This document shows positions 1 to 12,677 of a stretch of DNA of 64,000 bases, in pieces. The stretch's first letter is position 1. The number at the start of each line of letters is the position of its first letter. The DNA is taken from NCBI GenBank assembly GCA_965235115.1, contig OZ249446.1, positions 8,680,001-8,744,000 on the forward strand. Reading direction: 5' to 3'. This DNA comes from Laetmonice hystrix (lineage: Eukaryota). The translations under genes were made by a program, and so were the position numbers. The notes under the pieces are model-generated. The model was not told the DNA's origin. It made no database searches and saw only the letters and a list, made by a program, of their open reading frames with translations.

Positions 1-2301
1 CTCCATGTCGGCAGCCCACCAACCACGGACTGTTATAACGGTAGCCCATGCCAAGTCATTTATCGACGGAACTTACTGCTGGTCCTCCTGGGGAGGATGG
101 AGCGCGGAGTGTGGCTTCACAACCGGAACCTATGACAACATACCGATCATCTCCTACATCTATTATACATGCTACCTGAGCATCCTGGAGTTAACAATGA
201 GTATTGTTCTCTTTGATGGGATAAAAAAAATATCATGCAGTTGAATACTCTATATGAGTTGGTTCTTTTTCAGTTTGGCGACTACGTATATCAAATACAC
301 GTATACTATACCATTTTGTTTTTTTCCACGTATAGATCTACAAGTCCCTGCTGTGTCGCATACTTAGTGGCCCTCAGTTCCTGCCACTGGTATTCACCAT
401 ATTAGAAGATTTCCCGCCGGTTGCGCTGAGCGGAATTCCCCCCGGTCACAGTTGACGACCATTTCCAGCCGCCTTCGCTGTGGATCAGTTTTTTTTCCTC
501 CGGTTCTAAGGACCATTTTCTGCCGGTGTGCCTTCTCTGATATACTGCCAGGACCCTACGCTCCAGCAGCTGTGACGATATTAAAGTTATTCACCGACGC
601 TCGGCCCTAAGTGTGACCTACTGAGGTCAGGAGCCAGACATAGTCCCAGCCTTTCACTAGTCTCTATTTGCAGCCAAGGACAGCAAAAGGTTATTGGAGG
701 TTAATAATCCCTGTGGTACGATTCCATTACGACTTCTCCAGGAGATTTTAAAAGACGGCCAGCGGTAATACATTTAACGTGTTACTATGATAAGATTGAT
801 GCGAGCCCAGTCTACAGTCCGTGTTTATACCACCAAGCACGGTTACTATGGCGAGTGGACTACCTTGAGTACGTGTCCTGGCAGTCTTAGACCTCGGCAG
901 CAGACTGCGCTGCCTTCATTCCCAGTCGGAGCTCGTCCGACAATTGTGTGAACACCTTCTATGTCAGACATGAAACCACTGACGTGGAAAAACTGGTTTT
1001 CTTTCTTCAATGATGAAAATAATCTGAACATTTTCGGAAACGTCATTCCTAGAGTGAGTGCGTGAGCTAGTTGCAGAGTGGGTGAGTGAGTAATTGTGGT
1101 TTTACGCCGTGTCGGTATCTAAGGTCATCTTCCCGGCGAAAACAGACTGAGTTAGAATACTAAATAGGGACCTATTTTTTCCTGGGTCCCAACAGGAACT
1201 GCTGAAAAAGCATAAAGGACCTCGTTCGGTTGACTAAGCTGGTGCTAGTGGTCTGACGCATTGTTGGCACCAAAGGCCATTTAACAATTAACAGGAGATC
1301 AAACCACTGCAAGATGGAATTGCCGTCACAGTATACCTTCATTGCTGCGTGGGTTACAAAGGTTTATGGATCTCAATAGTATCATCTCATTCTGCCTACT
1401 TGGTCACATCCCGATCTGCCTTTCCGATTTATATCATACACATTAACCAGATCATATAGAACTGGCCAGACCCATCCATCGGACACGTTACGTGAGCCCC
1501 TGAGTAAAATATCACTTACTCTTCCACACTGGTCTGTCTCTCTCCTCCGGAGTCCCAATCACTTACAAATTTGTTTTTATCCGTGAACTGAGTGACCCCT
1601 CACGCTCTGTCATCCTAGATACGGATATACACATGTACATATCATAGTCCACGTCGGGATTGAGTTAGTCGACTATAAACGGTCCATGACACCATTATGA
1701 TGCCATGTTAATCGTGCTGCCATTCTCTCACCAATCGGACTGTCATTCTCCCGCCAATCGTGCTGCCATTCTCCCACCAATGGGGGAGGATGAGAGTGAT
1801 CCAAGAAACGGGGGCCTCACTATTCTGGTTGTAGAAGGCGTTCAAGCTTGACTTTACGGACAATCGTCTATGCTGGGTTTCACGTCGCCAAAATGTTGCT
1901 GGTACCATGGGAACTGTGGCTGGCCTGGAGATGAGGTGTTTCGGTAAGGTCCTTGCTGCGTGCGCTCGTTTAGCACCGTCACTGCAAGAAACTCTTTGCC
2001 AAAGATAACTTGGCTTTGTTAGTGAAACGTAGCCCTGAGATCCTGCTGTGACTGCAGTATTTGTACCGGAGATATGCGAGTTTTCACCGTACAACTGCCA
2101 TATATTCTGTCCTGATTGCCATATGTCCTCCATCGTTGCTAACCTCAAGCATGGCAACTAATGCATGGTGTTAACAACCTGAGTTAGGCTCAACTACACT
2201 CAAGTGTTACCGTGAAACAAGGCCGAGCACAAGTGGTTGTGTTTAATTGAAACCAGGGTCCAGTATCTCAAACATTCTCACATTGAGTAAAGCATTTAAT
2301 T

Positions 2302-2361
2302 AACTTACAGGCTTCTGATTGGCTGGTGTGCTTAGACCAGCCAATCAGAGGCCTGTAAGTT
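2302..2361. repeat. Near-perfect inverted repeat (26-bp arms, 8-nt loop), probably the core of a decayed MITE
   Basis: AACTTACAGGCTTCTGATTGGCTGGT-GTGCTTAG-ACCAGCCAATCAGAGGCCTGTAAGTT, one mismatch. A Harbinger-like terminus (CAG|GGTCCAGTATCTCAAAC) lies near 2254. Confidence 0.85.
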
Positions 2362-3925
2362 TACTGAAGTAGAAATAATCCATTAACCCAGGCCTGGTAT
2401 GACAAGTGGCTCTGCTACCCAGGACAGGTGGGTCCCTCTGGAGTACTCCAAAAATATAAACGTGAAAATTGGATGAAGCGCTTGCCTGGATACTTATTTA
2501 AATCCGCAAAAACGAGAACGATCCATCAGTTTTCACTTTTTGAACATGACTGAATCCTTTTCTACAGGTCAACAACAGCGAACCTGGTGACCGTTCTCCG
2601 CATTTCTGTCCCATTACACTTACAAGAGGGCGCTGCTGGCTGAGCGGTACATGAGACTCAGGTGATGGGGAGTGCGACTCGGCTCAGCTCCCCCCCCCCC
2701 CAACCCACCACCATCACCACCTGACGGCGGGTGGGCCGGGGATTGTCGAAGCCAGACAGACTCCAGCAGAGCACCCACTGATCTGCTCGTCCCTCATTAT
2801 CGTCCATGATGGATCCACCAGCCGCTCACCCAATGTCTCCCGCCCGTCACTCCGCTATTGTCGGCAATTCTTCTCAATATAATTGACATGTAGGCGTCAG
2901 ACTGAGCACAGACAAACAGGCTTGGAATATCGGCGCCGACAAAACAGAACTTTGGAACGGAATTGATACGGATCATTTCAACTTGGGTGAGGTTTTATTG
3001 GCGTGGGATTTACATGGGCCAGTCGATTTGTGAGGGTTCCTGTGTCGGCAATGACCACTTTCACCTATGTTACCAAACGTCATAGAATCATGATGTGTGC
3101 CATACCATGTTATATGGGCTGTAAATCACTCAACACTGGCTGCACCCATTATACCACAGGTCATACAGGCTGTACAAATAAACAACATTCACAGATGTGT
3201 CCACCTTTTGATGTGTACTCTGGCAGCTAAATGTTCTGTAGCCGAGGTTTCAAATCAAGTTCAAAGTTATATGAGGGAAAATAATCCATTATCTTTGACT
3301 AACTCATAACATAACTCACTCTCAACCATATAAAAAAATACATGGACAATCAAGATACATATCCACATTATTCTCAGTTTAAGGGCACACTAAGAGAAAA
3401 AAAAACTGTCAAAATGACGACCATGCTATAAAAACAATCCTGCCATCAGAATTAATGGAAACAGTTTTTTTATCCTAACAATTTGAATGGCCAATCTGAC
3501 CGTTCTCCACCTCGACAATGAACCAGTTCTGTCTAAGAGTGTCTCAAACACTGTGCCGCTGTTCTCTCTCTAACACGGCAGGTAACACTTTCCGTGTGTA
3601 CTCACATTAATTTCTATCAGGCCTCGCTATCGTTCATTATTACGTTGCTAGGCTACCACACATCCTGAATCCTCACACTCCATGTTATTAATGGCAACAC
3701 CTGTGATTACGTCACTTAATGCCCAGCTGAGGGTTTCACTGGTGGTTGGGGGGGGGGGGGGGTGAGAGGGTAAACGGTATCAGAATATTCCACAGATCTG
3801 TACCACAAATATTCCCCAAAAATCGCAGGACGCTGTGCCGCACGAACTGATACAAAACACCGACATTTTGTAGCAATCTCCTGCACGGCCCGAGTAAGGC
3901 GTAAAGATGGTTAATGTTCACTCAC

Positions 3926-4068
3926 CCCTGGTTGGCACGGTCTATGAGGCGCTGCACCGGCACGGTTAGTTTACCTAGAAACCTGCTGATGGTAGGGCGG
4001 CTCTTGGCAAACTTATCCTTAACCTCTAACTCCAGTACATCGGTCGGCAGGGCCTCAAACGTAAACTC
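3926..4068 (-). CDS. HECW: HECW-like E3 ligase exon, C-terminal half of C2 domain ([48 protein letters not shown])
   Basis: Acceptor GTGTTTTGCAG| before 4068 and donor GG|GTGAGT after 3926. 143 nt, phase 0 to 2. The peptide closely matches the vertebrate HECW1/2 segment recalled as ...[37 protein letters not shown]. It is in a different frame and strand from the ORFs in the track. Confidence 0.95.
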
Positions 4069-5003
4069 CTGCAAAACACGCAAACAACATCGTCATTTTA
4101 CGCCGACGGGACTAGTTGGATTTTTTTGTAAATCATACAAATTTATGTGGGGCTGCAAGAGAAGAATATCTAACACTGAAATAGAAGGCCCATCAACTTG
4201 CTAATCTAACATATCAACGTATAATATTTTTCCCAAGTCAAAAATCAGGAATACATTGTACATGGAAATGTTATGGAGGTCAACATTAGCAAGGTCCACC
4301 ATACACAACCCTTGCCTACCGTCTACTACATGACATCAGGCGTAAACGGCAATCAGGATTTAGGATGTCGTCAATTTAAACCAGCTAGAGCCAGCCCCAC
4401 AAAGTCACATCGGCTGTTTTATAGGCTCAATGGCACATGGGCACTTTTATTTTCATTAAATATCTCTGAATCATCCACAAACGAAAACTTTATTCATCTC
4501 AAAGAAACTTTTCCTTTTCAATCATCAGCAGGACTAACCGGTAAAAACCAATGGCGCATGTCAACCGGTGGAGCAAAAGAAAATATTGATGAATAATCTT
4601 AAAGATCATTGTAAATCGTATTATTCTGAGCTGAATTAGTCGTGTCTGTGGGCAGAGTCTGTAGGCAGTCAGGCTTGGTGTGAGCACGCCTCACATACCG
4701 GCCTTTCAGTCCATCTGATCGGGTGGTGTGTGCCGACTGCTGCCCTAACATGGTCACTTAATGAGATTAACAGAGGCCAATTCTCGTACGGCCCAACAAT
4801 TTCTGTCCATGATCAACACACAGACTGTGGCTCTGACAGGAAAATGTTTCTATTTGTACACTCATCCAGTATTATTTGTTGAGCAAGGTACCGTGGAGTA
4901 GCACGATGTATCAGCCAATACGGCTGTACATTCCTTCCTATCCATATATCCAAATGTACATTGATGAACAGAAGTCTAAACTTATCACTATTCCTGGACG
5001 AAA

Positions 5004-6008
5004 ACCGCCAGACCTTCCAAGACGTTTCTTATCCCAACAGTCCTGCCTCTAACTCTAACCCCGACCGCCAGACCTTCTAAGACGTTTCTTATCCCAACAG
5101 TCCTGCCTCTAACTCTAACCCCGACCGCCAGACCTTCTAAGACGTTTCTTATCCCAACAGTCCTGCCTCTAACTCTAACCCCTACCGCCAGACCTTCCAA
5201 GACGTTTCTTATCCCAACAGTCCTGCCTCTAACTCTAACCCCGACCGCCAGACCTTCTAAGACGTTTCTTATCCCAACAGTCCTGCCTCTAACTCTAACC
5301 CCGACCGCCAGACCTTCTAAGACGTTTCTTATCCCAACAGTCCTGCCTCTAACTCTAACCCCTACCGCCAGACCTTCCAAGACGTTTCTTATCCCAACAG
5401 TCCTGCCTCTAACTCTAACCCCGACCGCCAGACCTTCCAAGACGTTTCTTATCCCAACAGTCCTGCCTCTAACTCTAACCCCGACCGCCAGACCTCCTAA
5501 GACGTTTCTTATCCCAACAGTCCTGCCTCTAACTCTAACCCCGACCGCCAGACCTTCCAAGACGTTTCTTATCCCAACAGTCCTGCCTCTAACTCTCACC
5601 CCGACCGCCAGACCTTCTAAGACGTTTCTTATCCCAACAGTCCTGCCTCTAACTCTAACCCCGACCGCCAGACCTTCTAAGACATTTCTTATCCCAACAG
5701 TCCTGCCTCTAACTCTAACCCCGACCGCCAGACCTTCTAAGACGTTTCTTATCCCAACAGTCCTGCCTCAAACTCTAACCCCGATCGCTAGACCTTCTAA
5801 GACGTTTCTTATCCCAACAGTCCTGCCTCTAACTCTAACCCCGGCCGCCAGACCTTCCAAGACGTTTCTTATCCCAACAGGCCTGCCTCTAACTCTAACC
5901 CCGACCGCCAGACCTTCCCAGACGTTTCTTATCCCAACAGTCCTGCCTCTAACTCTAACCCCGACCGCCAGACCTTCCCAGACGTTTCTTATCCCAACAG
6001 TCCTGCCT
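5004..6008. repeat. Minisatellite, 60-bp unit, about 16.7 copies
   Basis: Unit ACCGCCAGACCTTCYAAGACGTTTCTTATCCCAACAGTCCTGCCTCTAACTCTAACCCCG recurs every 60 nt. It explains ORF 4988-5599. Confidence 0.98.
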
Positions 6009-6607
6009 ACTTGAGGTATAGCTTATACTATTGCTGCATGAATCTAACGCCTTCCTAACATTCGTGTTTTAATCGGCTGAGACGTTCCCATTCGTCCATA
6101 CTACAGCCCGATTCTAACGCCTTCCCATCAGTCGTGTTTTAATAGGTTCGGACGTTAATACACGCACAAGTCCAGACAGCTAGCGACCAACCAATTTCAG
6201 AACTTAAAGCACAAAACTCATCGTTCGCCCAAGCCAGACACTCCAATTCACCGCAGTCGGAATACGACGGCGCGTGTTTAATGACAGTCAGGCCGAACTC
6301 GCCGGGGGTGGAGAGAAAAAGATTTATTAGGAAAGAGAAGTGTGCAGTTGAAGACAATATAAGAGAGGAAGACCAATCAAGGCGGCGACCGCTTCAGTCA
6401 TTTATTGAGGACATTGCTGGGAGTGTGCCAGCACAACTCACGCCTCGCTCCGAGTTGTCTGACCATCTCATTGGTGAGTGTAGATCAAGTACGTGTCAAA
6501 GGACAGTTTGGGTCCTTATTGGATTCACCGGCAACTGGCGTTAGCTCCGCCGCCTCCAGGCTACGGCTAGCATCATGTGATTAATACACGCAACTTGATT
6601 GAACACA

Positions 6608-6989
6608 AGTCTTCAAGACGTTCACAGAGCCCAGTAAGAGCATCACAACCCCCAACCATTCCATACACCGGGTAAACTTCTAACAAACCTCTATAGACCA
6701 GTGTCAGTCTTCAAGACGTTCACAGAGCCCAGTAAGAGCATCACAACCCCCAACCATTCCATACATCGGGTAAACTTCTAACAAACCTCTATAGACCAGT
6801 CTTCAAGACGTTCACAGAGCTCAGTAAGAGCATCACAACCCCCAACCATTCCATACATCGGGTAAACTTCTAACAAACCTCTATAGACCAGTGTCAGTCT
6901 TCAAGACGTTCACAGAGCCCAGTAAGAGCATCACAACCCCCAACCATTCCATACATCCGGTAAACTTCTAACAAACCTCTATAGACCAG
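6608..6989. repeat. Tandem repeat, 92-98-bp unit, 4 copies
   Basis: AGTCTTCAAGACGTTCACAGAGCCCAGTAAGAGC... starts at 6608, 6706, 6798 and 6896. Confidence 0.95.
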
Positions 6990-8229
6990 CGACATTAATT
7001 GAAAGGAGAACTTTGGTTACTATGTTGTAATCGATACAGGTCCTGGGGTCCTTAATGACTGATTGGTATTTGTCAATCATTGGGTTCGAACCCTGACAGC
7101 AATGACTCACAGGAATCACTTTCGCTGTCCCATTAAGAAGATCTACGTCTGACGCTCCACCCGATACACATGTTCTCCTTCTTCTTCTTGAAGAAACTGC
7201 CTTGGTCTCTGCTTCGAGATGGCTATCATAGTATAACGTACATCATGTGGAGCACATGTTGGGCTAGCTGGGCGCCTGTCCTGTAGAGGGTGCAAGGAGT
7301 ACCATACGCTGGTCTCAATTTAACCCTGAAGAAGGACTTCGCACAACATGCACGTTATACTATACTGCCCTTCTTGGAGAAGGAGAGACCAAGGCAGTTG
7401 ATACTTCTTTAGGAAGCTGTGAACATGTGTACCACAGAGGATGACTTCCCCAGTAACTTTCTGGATATAAGCTTCTTTCTGCACCGATATTTTTTAATTA
7501 TCGTCAAACATGCAGAAAACCAAGCGCCCTTATTGAACGCACACTGAGGTTTCAATGAACTCAGGATATCCTTCCTGCCCCACATACGACACCCAAGTCT
7601 ACCTACTGCTATAGGTGTCAGATTCAACAACGCCCCAAGAAGGACAAGACAATACCTTCTAATTTGTAGGTTGTCTCACGACAGAAAGCGAACCGAGCGA
7701 GTGCCGGAGTACAGATCGGCCTATAAATGAAGCAGGGAGACCACTTGCCACAGGACTGCCGTTTATGTAGATGTAGTCATGCAGATCTCCCGTGTTACGT
7801 GCCCTGTTCCTGGCTCAAACCCTGCTTGGTGCTCAAGGCCTTTCATCCTTCCGCCATGCCTTAGTTGACCACATTTTCTTTCAACGTGCGATTCGGGAAT
7901 AGCGTTTGACCAATGAAGCACGGAATCCGCCCCGGCCAATGGAATCTTGTGATACAAGCGAGGACTGATGGGCATCCAATCCACAACCCCCACACATTGG
8001 TCTTGATTTCAAGCCTGGGCGAGCGCTGTGAGTTGCCTGGTTGATGGTCCATCCCTGGACCCGTTTACTGCGGGTTGGACCATTCAATGGCCCGGTCGGG
8101 TGGGCAGTGTTCAGGCTCGGGGCCAACGAACTCTCTGCATACTGACGGGGGTTCCTTTGGTACACGGCTTCCAGCAGTCAATAATACCGAACATCCTGGC
8201 CTGATATGGAAGCACCTCTATAGGCTAAC

Positions 8230-8608
8230 AATCCTCGTACTACTTTAATTAATTCAGCGATTGCCTATCACTCAATATGTCACTAAATGTACAGATAAGG
8301 CACAGGTCACATATGATCCGTGTAATTCTCGGACTACTTTAATAAATTCAGTGAGTGCCTATCATACATTATGTAATCAAACTGGTCACTAAATGTATAG
8401 ATAAGGCACAGGTCACATATGATCCGTGCAATCCTCGTACTACTTTAATAAATTCAGCGAGTGCCTATCATACATGTATTCAAACTGGTCACTAAATGTA
8501 CAGATAAGGCACAGGTCACATATGATCCGTGCAATCCTCGTACTACTTTCATAAATTCAAACTGGTCACTAAATGTACAGATAAGGCACAGGTCACATCA
8601 TGATCCGT
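8230..8608. repeat. Diverged tandem repeat, about 76-106-bp unit, 4 copies
   Basis: AATCCTCGTACTACTTT...GTCACTAAATGTACAGATAAGGCACAGGTCACATATGATCCGTG starts at 8230, 8324, 8430 and 8533. Confidence 0.9.
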
Positions 8609-9708
8609 ATCGATTTAACACGGATTTCACGTTGATTTTCACCACGATATCTACAGGCATCAATATGTCGGGTCCTGGTGACATTTTAATCGGATTTCCC
8701 TGACTTGGTAGCTCAAGTATATTAAACAGCATTTCGATCTGAACACTGAGCTGTAGCTGTTCAAATCTGTGTTAGAGCGTTCATACCTTGATCATAAACC
8801 CCTATATGTACCAATTGTCCTCACCACCAACGCCTACCTACCTACATTCATAGAGATCCTATTCAATGTATACATCCTCCTATAATAACTATAATAGAGT
8901 ATTGGCTGCTGAGAACAACAAAGGGGGTCATACCAGTACTATTGATACAGTATCCGTCAAACCTGACCTACAATGAAACGTGTGGATTCAGACAGCAGAC
9001 CGAGCACGTGTCGCGGATTGTTCTGTCCTAAGTATAAACGACTTCTGTTGAAAACAGATGCATACAGGTGGCTTTTTCTGATGCAGGAACAAAATACAAG
9101 GTCGTGCATCAAAGGTTACAATGGTTCTCGGAGGGACTGCTGACTGCAAGGCATTCATTCCTGGACAAACCATGGTCATTTGTCCGTCTCCCCGAGATGG
9201 GTAGTTAATGTGCAGGCAACCTTCAGCCACAGTGGCACAATGACAGATGTGGGCTCTTCGTTCTCGGCAAGGCTGTTCCCAGACCTGCAGGCACCAGACC
9301 TGCAGGCACCAGCCCTCAGGGCGGGTACCAGCCTCTCCCCCGGGTACCAGCCCTGGCCCCAGCCCCCAGCCCCCAGCCCAGGCCGCCGCCCTTGATGCCC
9401 CCAACCTAGCGAGGTCCACCCACCCATACGATCCGCCGTATGGCTAGGTCAATGATCCACGATCAGAGGATGAGAGAGAAAAGACAGAGAGAATCAATGA
9501 CAGCCTGAATGTTGATACCCTCCGCCTGTTCCTTCGTCAAGGATAGCACATAATTGTGTACCACTACCTTTCATCTTCACCAAACATGAATTATTTGATA
9601 ATCTCTGAATACAACAACTACCATTACGACCTCCTCTACAAGGATGTCACTCAAACAAGTTTTTGTGTCCAAGACAAAGAATTCTTGCAGAGGTCCAAAC
9701 ATTACCTG

Positions 9709-10801
9709 AGGTCGTTAAGAGTGTAATCTCACAGGGCAATGTTCCTGAAGACCTGGCTGGTCTGCTGTTCCTTCTCTCACAGGGCAATGTTCCTGAAGAC
9801 CTGGCTGGTCTGCTGTGTGTAATCTCACAGGGCAATGTTCCTGAAGACCTGGCTGGTCTGCTGTGTGTAATCTCACAGGGCAATGTTCCTGAAGACCTGG
9901 CTGGTCTGCAGGTCGTTAAGAGTGTAATCTCACAGGGCAATGTTCCTGAAGACCTGGCTGGTCTGCTGTTCCTTCTCTTACAGGGCAATGTTCCTGAAGA
10001 CCTGGCTGGTCTGCTGTGTGTAATCTCACAGGGCAATGTTCCTGAAGACCTGGCTGGTCTGCTGTGTGTAATCTCACAGGGCAATGTTCCTGAAGACCTG
10101 GCTGGTCTGCTGTTCCTTCTCTCACAGGGCAATGTTCCTGAAGACCTGGCTGGTCTGCTGTGTGTAATCTCACAGGGCAATGTTCCTGAAGACCTGGCTG
10201 GTCTGCTGTTCCTTCTCTCACAGGGCAATGTTCCTGAAGACCTGGCTGGTCTGCTGTTCCTTCTCTCACAGGGCAATGTTCCTGAAGACCTGGCTGGTCT
10301 GCTGTTCCTTCTTTCACAGGGCAATGTTCCTGAAGACCTGGCTGGTCTGCTGTGTGTAATCTCACAGGGCAATGTTCCTGAAGACCTGGCTGGTCTGCTG
10401 TGTGTAATCTCACAGGGCAATGTTCCCGAAGACCTGGCTGGTCTGCTGTTCCTTCTCTCACAGGGCAATGTTCCTGAAGACCTGGCTGGTCTGCTGTGTG
10501 TAATCTCACAGGGCAATGTTCCTGAAGACCTGGCTGGTCTGCTGTGTGTAATCTCACAGGGCAATGTTCCTGAAGACCTGGCTGGTCTGCAGGTCGTTAA
10601 GAGTGTAATCTCACAGGGCAATGTTCCTGAAGACCTGGCTGGTCTGCTGTTCCTTCTCTCACAGGGCAATGTTCCTGAAGACCTGGCTGGTCTGCTGTTC
10701 CTTCTCTCACAGGGCAATGTTCCTGAAGACCTGGCTGGTCTGCTGTGTGTAATCTCACAGGGCAATGTTCCTGAAGACCTGGCTGGTCTGCTGTTCCTTC
10801 T
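9709..10801. repeat. Variant-repeat minisatellite: 22 units of 48 or 57 bp with a constant core and three interchangeable tails
   Basis: Core CTCACAGGGCAATGTTCCTGAAGACCTGGCTGGTCTGC plus tail TGTGTGTAAT (A), TGTTCCTTCT (B) or AGGTCGTTAAGAGTGTAAT (C). Order BAACBAABABBBAABAACBBAB. Confidence 0.97.
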
Positions 10802-12423
10802 CGTACGCTGTCACGACTGTGTGTACACGGAAGTGACAGTTCGTCACGCTTCCCTGTCACGACGTGAAAGGCCACCCTGTTTCTACCTTACTTTCCACCT
10901 TTTTCTTTCATTTTAACCGCAGAAACTGAAATCCCCTGGGAACTTATCTCAAGTTCAGTAGGGGGCATCTGTTCAACACGGATGCATCAAACCCAAAGAA
11001 TTCTGCCTCTCCCCAAACGACGCAGATTTTCTGCCTCAAGACCTACCGGTATCATAATTATATTAGCGTCTGTATTCTAGATATGCCTCTTCTCTTGTGC
11101 ACCGGTACGTACCGGTACATTATGTGTAACCACTCAAGCGTGACCTCAAATACACCATGATATTCATAGTTCTTACCTTTTCTCTGAGTTTTTCTCTTCA
11201 ATATACAAAGGTCGTTCTCATTCGTATTTAGTTGTTTGTCAAGTAGGATATGATGTCCCTACCCTCAAATATGTACATGTACTTGTCATCATGCATGTAC
11301 AAATATAATGTTGGCAAACAAAGAGGAAATACCAAAGCTCGCTCTATGATGAGGAGTCTAAAACACATAACAGATACATAAACCACGTCCGGTTAGCCTC
11401 AACATTGAACCTTCCTGTAAAATGACCTTAGATTTCAACCAATGACCCCAGCTCTATATCCCACTCCCAGTATTTATACAGTTCGAACACAAATCACGGG
11501 CGTTATCCGTTCAGACTGTTGGCAGTCGACTCGCTCCGTGTATGGAAACATATTTTAATGCCCCAGTAATCACCTTCGATCTGTACGGCCTACTGACCCT
11601 GCTAGGTATACATTACAGGTTACTGTTACAAGGGTTTGTATATCACAACACAAAACACCAACATACCTTGGGTTTGGTTAACCGTGTCTTGCTACAATAC
11701 GTTACCGTACGTCAAACTGTGCTGGCCGCTGGCACGTCCCTTACACTGACCGCCACGGACGTGGCCTGGGTCAGGTTTTGGATCCCGGTCACAAACCTTA
11801 TAATGTTCGACCTGATGACACACACTACAGTTATCATAGGCTACAGTCACTAGTCCTCACCGCGCCACACTCCCACCGGCCAGTGCTCCATATTTATCAC
11901 GTTTTCAAACACGCCCGGCTGTTCCGTATAGACAAGCGTTCCACTCTACTGCTCTCGCAACCAATCCATGCCACACGATCCAGGGACGTCCATCTCACAT
12001 TGACTGGGTCCGAGGATGATACGGAGACTGGCCCGTCTCCTGTCTACACCAGCCACCGGTTGGCCCTCCCCTCCCGCTCACCAACACTGACTATCAAAAG
12101 TCTGACTGGATGAGTTCATGGTGTAGGAACCAGCCAGGCCGCCAGTAGCGATGATAATTATCGGCTGACTGCATGTACAGTTGGTGATCGATCCGGACTC
12201 GATGATGTTTCTTCCCCTGATGTCAGATCTCACAGGCTCCCTCCACTCCCCCTCCCAATCAACACTGCTGCTGCCCCCTCGTGGCTCATTACTCAACTAC
12301 ACCACTCTCACCGTCAATGTTAACATGATTGCATTAACATTTTCTATATTCCCTCGTGCTTCACTGAACGACAGCTAACAAAACCATCCCTCTGACTATC
12401 ACGGGATAACAGGAACATATGAC

Positions 12424-12677
12424 CTTTGTTTCTGACTATATCCCCAAATAACCGGCCGACTTAACTTTGTTTGCGACTATATCCCCAAATAACCGGCCGA
12501 CTTAACTTTGTTTGCGACTATATCCCCAAATAACCGGCCGACTTACCTTTGTTTGCGACTATATCCCCAAATAACCGGCCGACTTAACTTTGTTTCTGAC
12601 TATATTCCCAAATAACCGGCCGACTTAACTTTGTTTCTTACTATATCCCCAAATAACCGATCGACTTACCTTTGTTT
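12424..12677. repeat. Minisatellite, 41-bp unit, about 6 copies
   Basis: CTTTGTTTGCGACTATATCCCCAAATAACCGGCCGACTTAA repeated at a 41-nt period. Confidence 0.95.

Noticed and set aside
1-3925. Next HECW exon (expected ...YNLGRR...HVSG.L.F), and ORFs 5-244, 846-1046 and 1708-2157
   Set aside because: I found no matching phase-2 exon by eye, so it probably lies beyond the left edge. The ORFs have no recognisable domain and look like chance or decayed repeat sequence.
4988-5599. 203-aa repeat ORF (also the repeat ORFs at 15676-17347, 19091-19731, 35116-35675 and 42400-43447)
   Set aside because: Translations of minisatellites, with no domain, splice or start-context support.
7760-8220. Possible LINE C-terminal zinc-knuckle fragment (MCGGCGLDAH) on the minus strand
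   Set aside because: No reverse-transcriptase or endonuclease motifs nearby, so the resemblance is too weak to call.
9663-10916. 417-aa plus-strand ORF and overlapping 372/213-aa minus-strand ORFs
   Set aside because: They come from 48/57-bp units lacking stops. The plus ORF starts at TTG, and both strands are open.
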